Shown piece by piece: positions 49,001 through 61,000 of a stretch of DNA of 64,000 bases. Position 1 is the stretch's first letter; each line of letters begins with the position of its first letter. This stretch comes from Antedon mediterranea (Eukaryota; Animalia; Echinodermata), in the NCBI RefSeq assembly GCF_964355755.1, contig NC_092680.1, positions 14,393,045 to 14,457,044 of the forward strand, given 5' to 3'. The position numbers were made by a program, and so were the translations under genes. Below the pieces are notes generated by a model. It was not told the DNA's origin. It saw only the letters and a list, made by a program, of their open reading frames with translations, and ran no database searches.

Positions 49001-52000
49001 TGGCTAACACAAAATATCAGAAATTCTATTTCTGAACGCCAAAAAGCGTTTAAATCCAATAACTTAACCCATTGGAAAGCTTGCAGAAACAAAGTCAAGA
49101 GGGAAATCATTAAAGCTAAAGTAAAATTTAATGTAGATAGAGTTAGACACCTGCAAAAAACTGACCCAGGTAAATGGCACCAACAGGTCAGAGTTATGAC
49201 AAACACTAAGAAAATTGATCTCAATATACCAGTTCCTGAAATCTCTCCATTGGATCATAAATCCATTGCTAATGTCATCAATGACTTGTTTACTAACATT
49301 AGTGCTCACATCCCTTTTCTAAATAAAACTCAACTCCCTGCATTCCTTCCCTCTGACAAACCTGCACCTAAACTTTATCCTTGGGATATTTATAAAAAAT
49401 TAAGATCTATTAAAGAAAACAAGGCCTGCGGACCAGATTTGGTCCCACCCAAAATTGTTAAATTATTTGCCATGGAGTTTTGTGAACCACTTTGTGATAT
49501 ACTCAAGTGTTCTTTTTCTGAAGGCATTGTCCCTTCTCAGTGGAAAAAGGCAGTTGTAGTCCCTGTGCCCAAGGTTCAGCCTCCTACTATTGACAAACTC
49601 AGACCTATCTCCATTACTTCTGTGTTTGCCAAAGTAGCTGAGGAGTTTATCACTGACTGGATCTTACAAGATATAAGTTCAAAAATCGATGTTAACCAGT
49701 TTGGAAATGTTAAGGGTTTGTCTACTGCTCATTACCTGACCCACTTGGTGCATTATCTCTGTCAAGGTGCTGAGAATAAGCACAATGTTGGTACCATGGT
49801 TCTTACTGATTTCTCCAAGGCCTTTGATCTTATCGACCATACCATCCTTGTTAATAAGATCATTGATATTGGTGTCAGGGGGGCTTTGGTACCATGGTTG
49901 TGTGATTTTCTTTTTATGCGTATGCAGTGTGTTAAATATAATGGTACCTTATCTAATTACTCTTACTTAAAAGCTGGTGTCCCACAGGGAACCAAGTTAG
50001 GCCCTTTATGTTTCCAGATCATGATCAACGATGCTGGTACAAATGCTAAAACTAAGTATCTGAAATATGTAGATGATCTTACATTTTGTGAAAATCGTAA
50101 GCTCTCATTGCCTGGTTTTTTACAAGATGATCTTAATTCTTTTTTCCGCTGGTGTAACGACAACTGTTTAGTGCTTAACCCCAAAAAATGTCAAGCCCTT
50201 AAGGTGTGTTTCAGTTCTACCCAACCTTCACACGTTGACATACACTTGGGAACTGATAAGCTCCAATATGTTAATAAAGCCAAGATCCTGGGAGTTTTTT
50301 TTCAAGACAACCTTAAATGGGACTGTCATATTGATTCCATCATCACTAAAGCTTCCAGGAAACTTTTCTTTTTACGATCACTAAAACGATTTGGTTTTAA
50401 CATTGAAGAGCTTAAATTGACCTTTTGTGGTTACATTAAACCAGTTGTTGAGTATGCTGATGTTGTTTGGCATTCTGGCCTGTCTAGTAGATTAAGCGAT
50501 TGTATTGAAAATGTTCAAAAGAGGGCTTGCCGTATAATGTTAGGCAATGATTACTTTTCTTACTCTGGTGCCCTTGAATTTCTTAAATTAGAGACTTTGG
50601 CTCAAAGAAGGGTGGAGCATTGTCGCAAGTTCGCTGAGTATCTCCCCAAAATTAAACAAACAGCTGATTTAATCCCACCGACCAGACATAGCTGTCATGG
50701 TAGGAATTTAAGAAATAAAAACAAAATTACCCAGCTGGCGTCTAAAACATCCAGATTTACCAATAGCCCTATACCCTACTTCATCAAATTACTGAATTCT
50801 TAATTTTCTCCCCTGCTAGTTTGCGACTGCTCTCCCCTTCTTTGTTGTTTTTTTTTTTTTTCATATTTTTTATATATATTTATATTTTTGATATGACATG
50901 TATTTTACACGCAATTTGGCTCTTAGCCACGAGTTGTAATTTTGGTCAATTTTTTGATATTTGAAATAAAAGTGAATAATAATGAATAATAATAAATTTA
51001 CATTTTTCTAAAGTAAAAACAAGTTTTAGAACTATAAAATAACCATTCATACTGTCATCAATGAGAATAATATTTTCAAAAATCCAATCAATTGTTGTCA
51101 TGATAAGCAAGAAACAATAACATTTATACAATGATTTTATTGCTCTTTATTGATCATGGTGTCATTGACGAAAACTTTTCAAATATTATTTTATTTAGTA
51201 AAAAATGTATACAGTATTTATTTTTTTATTATCATTGTTTATCGAGCATAGTATAAAGAAGTCATAATACATCTATTACTGGCATTTGGATGTTTGGTAG
51301 AAAAGTGTGGACAAACAAATTCAGCATGGCTAACATTAAAAATAAAAACATCATTTAAATTATTACCTGAATTTTAATTAGTCTAAACAAAACACAAAAC
51401 TTTTTTGTTTATTAAAAAAAAAATGAATAAAAGATAAAATGCATTAAAAAAAGTATCTTCTATCTGTCTATATTTTATCTGTATCAATAATAAAAATTTC
51501 GGACTTTACCTTTCTTCCCATTGCTGAAAATGTGTCTGTGAGCTGGTGTAAAGGTAGCAGGGCTTCTTGCATTCGTAGACCTAGTGTGGCTGTGTCTAAT
51601 GCACTCGCTAATATTGCACTTGTATGATAATTCAAATTGGGCTAAAATATTAACAGTTAATAGTTTTTATCATAACCATAAAGTGAATTTTGTAGGATTT
51701 TATGAGATCACATCCCGAAAGTAAAATCTCAAACCTTATCATTATAGCAAATAATGGTATCTTAAATTATATAATAAATTAATAACAAAATGTAATAGCT
51801 TTCTACAAAATTTCATTCCAGCAGTACTGTATGTTACAAAAATAATTAGGAATTTACATGACTTCCAAAGTTCCTAAAACTACTTTAAATTATAATTGAT
51901 TGCAATTATAAAGTATATACATGCTTAATGATTTACCTTATATGCTAAATTGTTAAAGTTGGTTGGTAGCCCTGGCTTTCTCCATAGTGTTTCTGCTAAA

Positions 52001-55000
52001 GATACAGGTGTGAACAATGAGCTATAATCAGCCAAAGATGGAAAGGCTAACGCAGCATTTATTATTCGTTGACTATCATGTTTAGGAATCTAAAAAAAAA
52101 ATATTATATTATAATATATAATATCGAAACTGACACTAGAACTAAACACCAATTTACTATTGAATTTTGAGTTGGAGACAAAATAGGCAAATTGGTCAAA
52201 TTCGCATAGACTACTGCAATTCGCTTTTTGTTGGAATGTTGCAAAATAATTTTAATGCTTTACAAACAACACGAATTTGTGCAGCCCGATCTAGATGTAC
52301 AAGTGCTATAACCTTGCTAAAACGCTATAACGCCATGGGTCTGAACATAGCCGTATTAAAATGATGTTCACAGTACTGATGTTTAAATAGAAGTGAATTT
52401 GTGAGATAAATAGCTGTCTTTGTTTACATAAATATGCCCAATATTTATGAGTGTGGGTATAAGACCTTGAATATTTAATTAGATGAGCTGTAGAACTCCA
52501 TATAATTAATACACTATACTAAAACAAACTATTAAACTGCAAAACTATACAATAAAGGAAGACACTTTTAGTCTCTCACATATATGCAACATATAAAATT
52601 CTTACAAGGAATTCAAAGGTAATATCTCAAAGGTACTTGTGTATCCAAATACCGTAGTTATTCATATAATCATTTTAAATAAATGCTCTCCTCGAAAAGC
52701 ATTTTTTTACAGTATTTTATCACTTCTCGATATTAATTGCGTTAGGTTTTTTATTTGATTACACCATTGCACCATTGTTACCATATTACACCCAAAACCT
52801 AAATGCCTCTTTCTCAAACAAATGCTCCTAAAAACCCTCCTGAATAATAAGCAGGTATATTGCATGCAACAGAGATCAAATTAAGAATCGTTAACTTACC
52901 CCTTCTGAAAATGTAGAGGGCGACACACCAACTGTGAAGATACCTTTACTACCATACTCATCAGACAGACTTTCTAGTAAACTGCTTCCAAATCCAGAAA
53001 AACCATTGTAAAAATCCACTAGTACTTGGAAACCCTACAAGTACAAAACAATTATTATAATCTTTCTTTTTAACAATTTGAATGGGGTCAATGTTTCCAA
53101 AATTCCTTCATTCAATGATTACAATAACAAAACATTTCGTTCCATAACACACCTTCAAGTTTACTCTTGAATGAAGTTACCAGTTTACATACTGTTGTTT
53201 GGTTTTGGTCATCAAAAAACTTATTGAATCCGGTGTAAAAAGGAAGTGCTACAGAATTTTAATCTCAGAGCAATCATAGATGGCCTCCATCCTCCAAAAA
53301 AACAAAATAGGTATCCTATCCTATTCTATATTTCAATCTTAATCAAAAGTAGCCTAGACCAGGTCTAACTTTCATTCAATCTGAATGAAATTTCAAGTAT
53401 CTTATAAAAACAAATAATAAATGTTTTTATATTCGTGCTCGTACAAATAATTTTAAGCGCCTTGAGCACTTTAGTGGATATGTGCGCTGTATAAATCTTA
53501 TTATTATTATTATTATAATTTCATTAGGTGAAATATGAAAGGTCATATTCTCACTTGGCTATCGCCTTGTGAAAGTATAACCTTTCATCTTTTCTCTCTT
53601 GAAATTATTTGTACCATCACAGTAATAAACATTCACAATTTGTATACTTATATTATACTGTATATTCTTGTATGATTCTTAGTAGAATCTACACTTTATG
53701 ATCATATGATTCTCTTTCAACCAATCGCCAGATGGCATATTCAAGTGCTACTGTCTATTACCTTCACTTCTGCTGCCTCTCGGTTATGGAATGACCTACC
53801 CGCCTCTATTAGATCATGTTCGTCTACTATCGCCTTTAAATCTGCCTTGAAAACTCATCTTTTTCTTCAGATTGAGCTCTGTCATACACCACGCCTTTGA
53901 TCACTTATTGCTGGAATTGGCGCATTACAAATTCATACTATTCATACTATTATTATTATTATTATTACCTGTAGATGATCACATTCTTCTGTGTAAAAAT
54001 GAAGATGGTTTTCCATTTGATCAGACACTTTGCCATTCTTCCAAAGGTTTGTTCCTTGACTAAATATTTCAAATGGTTCCAACTCACTAAAGAAAAACAA
54101 TATTGGATTTTAATATTTAGCTTATATCAACCTTATTGTAGATTTAGTCTATCTGAAGCATTTGGTCAACCATCTCTAGGTTTTGAAACAGCTTTTATTT
54201 AGCTGCCATTCAGGCACTGAATGCTTGTCAGTATACCGTACTAGAGTTTATTTATCTGTTCTTATATATCTCAGAGCAAACATAATTTCTATGTACAGTA
54301 TATTTTATATACAAATGACAATAAATTGAAGTAATTTTCCACTGATGAATGAATTAATATAAAAATTTCTAGTTTAGCATATTAGAGTGATGTGACACTT
54401 TGTTTTTTATTTATCTGTTCTTATATATCTCAGAGCTAACATAATTTCTATGTACAGTATATTTTATATACAAATGACAATAAATGGAAGCTGGGTAGAG
54501 GTGGGCAGCTACCACCACTTTTTTTCCAATGTCCATGCCTCAGGAGGAGGTGGTTAGCCGAGTGGAGTTGGATAGCCGAGTGGTTAGGACACTTGACTGT
54601 CGTACAGATAGACCCGGGTTCAATGCCCGACAACTCCCAGTCCACTCAGCTGTAAAATGAGTACCTGGTTGAAAATACTAGGAAGAAAAAAGGCGGTGTG
54701 GAAAGGAACTGGCCACCCTACCACATAATGCCGAGGCTTAGTACAATGAGCTCCTAACAGCTCATTCCCCTACGTTCAGAGAACACTCACCTTTACCTTT
54801 ACCCACCACTTTATTTGACACCCAATACCTATTACTTCATAATGCATTATGGATTAGCGTTTGCCCATTCTGATAGCGTTATGCAGCCTAGTTCAGACAC
54901 AAAAATATGTACGTCACGTATATAACACTACCGTAACATTGTGGACCTGTGGTGGAATGCATTATCGCTAGTTTTACTACTAATAATTATGACTACCGTA

Positions 55001-58000
55001 TGTTAATTTTGAAATTAGGAATAATAATTAGAAAAGTAATACACACCTTTGATGTGCATATTCCTTGATAATAGCTACTGATTTTGGATGGAGATGACAC
55101 CGAAGAAAATCAGACCAGACCTCAACAGAATCATCAAGGTTGTATGTTCTTTCTTCTATACTTAATGGAATAGATTGCTCTTGGTTTAGTTCATCTTCAT
55201 TCATCTCTGTTGTGTCAGCCTCTTGTGAGGAATCATCATCCTCATTGCTTGCAGTGCTCCCAATCAGGTCCTTTTAAAAAGAATCTTTACATAATAAGAT
55301 ATTGCAAAGGATTGCCGATAATGTATATATATACCAATTTGATAATCAGTGTAATTGGTAACTAGTAATTTAAATTTTACTCACATCTTGCTTTTCAAGA
55401 TCCAGGAGAAATTGATTTTTGGGAAGAGAGGAAGAATTATGCAATGTCACATCACCAGCCCTTAAAAAGCAAAAAGACACAAGTTTTAATAACAATACCC
55501 TAACTGTTTATACTAAAATAGTTTCTTACCTGATCATATTATTATCCCTTTTAAACCGCCAGTAAAAATGCGGAGTTGATCCGGAATTGTATAGCCAGAG
55601 TCGTACCTGAGACGCAAAAATGCGGAAACGTAGGCCGGTTTAAACGTCGTGAAAGGTTACCCGGGCCGCTGAACCACCCGGGTAATCGATGCGGAATGTA
55701 TTCAGCTTCAAGTCAACCCATGCAGGTTATTGGATCCCAGATGTAGAGACAATTGAACGAAAAAATTATGAAAGAGGTTCATACTTATAAGGCCGTATCC
55801 CTACTCCAACCCTTAAAAACGCAGTAACTTAGCAGCTCTAATTCTCCCAGAGAATTTGTTTTCCATATTTCAAATTAAGTTCCATTTGCATCGTAGCAGC
55901 CCTATTTTTCCAAATGTTCTTACCTCAGCCCCAGTGGCCATGGTGGGCCGAGGTCCTAGAGACTCTTATACATTTTTATTTCAAATGGTCTATTTGATTG
56001 CCATTTCCGGCCATCGAGCAGCTCTATTTTTCAAAATTTCTTACCTCAGATATCAGCTGTGTAAATGCTCATTAGCATATTATGCATATGTATGAGTTAG
56101 CTCTACCGGCCTAATTTTTTTTTAGCTATCGAGTTGGGAAAAATGATAAACTTATTTTGCTTTTTTCTAAGCAAAATTAATAATTTTTTCTGATTTTTTT
56201 CCGCGAAATGGAACAACTTTATTATAACTACAAAATGTTCAATTCAAAATTTGATGTTATTGATCTTCATTTTTCATGTTTTGAGGGACAATATATCTTT
56301 AAAAAATATAACTCCTTGATTGAATTTTTTTGATTGAATTTATTTGGTTCATACATAAAATACATTATTTGGCGGAGGTAATTAAATCTATAAACATCTG
56401 TTTTTGTTTTTCTAATAGTAACCCCTTGGATTACAATTACATTAGTGGGTCATTATCATTATTGACTTTTAGGATGAGTAACTAATAGATAGGGGCTACT
56501 AAGTAATAGGTTACTATTAGGTTTTCAGTAGGTGGTGGTCTAAACTTGCTTCCAAAGTAATCGTAAGTAGTAGAAGTAAGTAATAGGTTACTATTAGGTT
56601 TTCAGTAGGTTGTGGTCTAAACTTGCTTCCAAAGTAATCGTAAGTAGTAGAAGTAGAAAATATAAAACAAGTCAATTTACCATCTAACATCTGAGGATTC
56701 TTCCAGAGTATTGCAATCATAGAGAATTCCTTCAACACTTAGAGTTTTCAAACTATCCTTCAGGTCTATAGCTATTAGACGGGGAGTGTATGTCACCTCA
56801 TTCTGTAAAAACATACAAATACACTACCTACTACTATTAACTATTTTTAATAAATGTTTTAATGTAATATTTATTTTTTATTTCATACTACAGCAAGTAA
56901 TTCACAAATTACAGAATGTACTGTATAAACAATTTTATAATTTACTGTCCTTATAAAACTAATACCTTTTTCACAATTCCATAAATTGTTACAAATTGTA
57001 ACCAGGTTTGACATGTTTTGACACACTTATACGCAAACCTTGTGAATTCTCGGGATTTAATTACTATGATTGGTCAGTTAATATCAGGGCAATACACGCC
57101 TGCGCAGTAAGAACTTGGAACATCTAGGAAAAAAACATAGGCCTCTTGTTGGTATGTTTAACTTCCGAGATTTTACAAGGGACCCGTGTGAAATCTGGGG
57201 AGATTTTCCACAAAACTGTCTTCACACTATGCAAACCTGGTTACAAGTTGTTACATTTTGCAGTTATGAAAAGGGTTCACCGTATTGTTTCTAATAAAAG
57301 CCCCGGGGCGTTAGGGAGATGTTACGCCAGTAGCGTTAATAGCCCTAGCAGGAGAGGGTAGATTTAATAACGCTGATCCAGTGATGCAGTGATTTTAACC
57401 AAAGAAAAGAAACTACCACGCTTAGCAGACAGCAACTACAGCAACTACAGCACATACCTGTACCCTAGTATACGACAGCGAAATAGCTATGTCAAATGTA
57501 TTTTCAGATTTTCAATTTTAAAGAACAGTAAATTTGGCGTCAGTGATATGATATTTTCATAAATTAAATCAATTTATCAGATAATTTTCTGTGTAATAAT
57601 TACGTTTTAAATTATTTTTTAATTAAAATGCAATTCCACAAGTAGTAAGAACAAATCAGTATATTTAAAGGTAAATAAAAATAATAAAAAAACGATGTAA
57701 ACTTTCATGCATTGTCATGAATGTATACATATAGTTCTATCTGTTTTGACCTGATCAGGGTGTTTTAAATGCAAGGCATTGGAATGTGGATCGAAGTAGT
57801 AAAAGTCAAAGAAGTACCTGTATATGGCCTAGCTTATTACAATTAGCCTAGTTTGGTCATTAATAAAAGGTAGAGTAGGCACTCTACAAACATCGCTAGT
57901 GGGTACATTATTGTTTTACACATGCAATTCTATTGAGCACCACAAATTACAATATGGAAAAAATCTCAGACGGGGCGTTTATTTAGAAACAATACAGTAA

Positions 58001-61000
58001 ATCTGATTTGAGGCTTCAAACCGTTATTTTCTCGCATCTATAACAAAATGTTGCAAGTTACCATAATTGTTTTTCCTTCTCTGTACAGTACGTCATGATT
58101 GATTTCTTTTACTTGTGATGATGCTTGATTGATGTCATAACAAAACGTTGATTCCTAAAACAATCAAATCCATATTTAAATCGTGTGATTAACGACAACA
58201 AGGATGTGTACACTTATATAGTAAACCCTACTAATTGTGCATTTATCTAGTTTGAGTTATTTGAGGTATAGTGGCTAGGTGAATTCGGTTTGTTTTTGGT
58301 TATTTTCGGTTGTTTTTGGTAATTAGACTGACCCGTATCTGGTGGTGGATTTTTTAGACAGTTACTTTAAACTTTTCTTGCCAGAATAATGAAAATCAAA
58401 ATATTAAATTACTGTACCTTTAAGAAGTATATAATACGGTACACTATCTTTAGACATCACAATGTAAATCGTATATTGATGGATTCCAGTTCAATGTATT
58501 TTCCTTTTTTTTAACGCCGTGGGTACCGTTAACTTCTGTTTGCTAAAGGTACCGTGGTACGATATAATTGCATTACGTCATAATCAGCCAATGTACGTGT
58601 ACGTCATCGTATAATAAGGACTTTGGATTTTTTTTCATATCGCGTCTGTAGAGAATGCCCGTCGCCGGCGCCAGGTTGGATGTGTGCGATGTTTCTGTGA
58701 CTCAGCCCCGGGGCTAGACCTAGCAATGTTGAATCCAGAAGTTTAATAACAGGCGACAACGTCGAAAAACATGCTGAGTGTAGGGGTCAGTCTAATTACC
58801 GAAAACAACCGAAAACAACCGAAAACAAACCGAAAAAAAAATTTTAAAAATCTAAATACCGAAAACAAATTTTGTATAATATTTTTTTTAATGTCGCCCT
58901 CTATTGATGGGTGTTTCTAAAGCTAAGACCATACAGAGGTGCAAAAGCCAAGGAAGACCCTAAGAAATTGTAGTGTGCACAAAATACAACTCAAAATCGT
59001 ACAAATTCAATGAAATAGATTACATTTACTTACAAAATCTATAAACCCATTTCGTTTTTAGTCTTTTAAAAAACAAAGCATGATTTTATCTAACTTTGCG
59101 TTTTTTCGTCCCCGGTTTTCGTCACTTATTAAGTGAATACTGAAGCGATTAAGGATAAAAACGTTATTTACTCGACTACAGTAATTTTACTGAATAGATT
59201 TTATTGTGAATCCTTTTATAGTGAGCTTGTTTTAAGTATACTTTATAGTCCCTAGTATCTTTGTATAATTATCTTTGAAAATCTATAATTAAATCGATCA
59301 TGATTAACCATAGTCAATTTACTTTCTATACTATGGATTAACATATTCACAATTATTGTAAGGAGTAATGCGCTGGTTTCTGGATCAAAAATCGAAAGAC
59401 TAAAATTAAAATATTTTTATAGATTCTGTAAGTAAATGCGATGTTATCATTGATTGATTGCATGATTTTTAGTTGTATTTATTTTGTGCACACTACCATC
59501 GTAGGGTCTTCCTTGGCTTTTGCGCGCGCGGTTTTGTCTCTGTTATGGTCTTAGATTTAGAAACACCCATCAATAGAGGGCGACATTAAAAAAATATTAT
59601 ACAAATTAGTTTTCGGTATTTAGATTATTTTATTTTGTTTTCGGTTTGTTTTCGGTTGTTTATGGTTGTTTGTGGTTGTTTTCGGTTGTTTAGGGTTGTT
59701 TTCGGTTATTTTCGGTAATTAGACTGCCCGGAGTGTAGTAATATAGGAAATTAGAAAGTTCATGTGGTTGGTTGATGTTACATAAATTTAGTGTTTAAAA
59801 CATGCACTCAATCTCAAATATTATTTCATTATACAACATTTAGTTGTATAATCTTATATGTTGATAGCCAAATTAGAAGTAAAGGAATTATATTTCAATG
59901 TTGGAAATTGTGTTGCGTCTAGGCCAGTGGTGGCGCCAGCGGGGGGGCTACGGGGGCTCTAGCCCCCTCGTCGGGGAGCCTAGCCCCCCCGTCGGGGAAC
60001 ACGGGTACTTTTTGTCGGGGAATATAATATACAGTAAAAAGCGTTCGCGTTCACTTCGTAGCTAGCTTCAGCGCCTAGAAAACCACGACGTTTCATTGAC
60101 CGTGAGAGTACGTCAGAGTGATATTATGCACTTTATATGCATTCATTATTGCCAGCGATCTAACTTACTACTAAACAATAGTTAGGTTCGCACTTGTCTG
60201 GCGGTATCCCTTTGTACGAATCGTTCAACGTTGGGTCGAGACGCGTGATATCAAGTTCCATCCAGGGACCAAAATGTGTAATGTAGTTATTTTCCAGGCG
60301 AAGTTTACCGACGGTTACCGAAGGGAACACGGGTACTTTTTGTCGGGGAATATAATATACAGTAAAAAGCGTTCGCGTTCACTTCGTAGCTAGCTTCAGC
60401 GCCTAGAAAACCGCGACGTTTCATTGACTGTGAGAGAGTACTGTACGTCAGAGTGATATTATGCACTTTATATGCATCCATTATTGCCAGCGATCTAACT
60501 TACTACTAAACAATAGCTAGGTTCGCACTTGTCTGGCGGTATCCCTTTGTACGAATCGTTCAACGTTGGGTCGAGACGCGTGATATCATGTTCCATCCAG
60601 GAACCAAAAATGTGTACTGTAGTTATTTTCCAGGCGAAGTTTACTGACGGTTACGTCGTGTACTGCGTCGACGTACGCTACACTACAGCAAAAACAAATT
60701 ATGTTAATTGTTCGTATGTTCACCAATTTTTTAATTTACAAGTAACCTTCTCTACCGTGGGGCACCTAAAATAAATTTTTCATCCATTACTAAACAAAAA
60801 AACATGCCATTTTCGCTTAGCCAACATCTTATTATAGCTAAGTTATTACATTTTCAATGTCCTGTATGTCATGAATTTCTCACCACTCGGAAGTCCAGAT
60901 GGTGGTACGCACGCATACACTTGGGAGGAATAAACTTATTTCCCCGACTGAAAAAGGTCTACGCTTGCGTTTTTTAAGCCTCTAGGCCTGATGTTTCCAA

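Noticed and set aside
54561-54637. tRNA gene
   Set aside because: It is the head of a SINE with a Meta-like core and ACCTTT tail.
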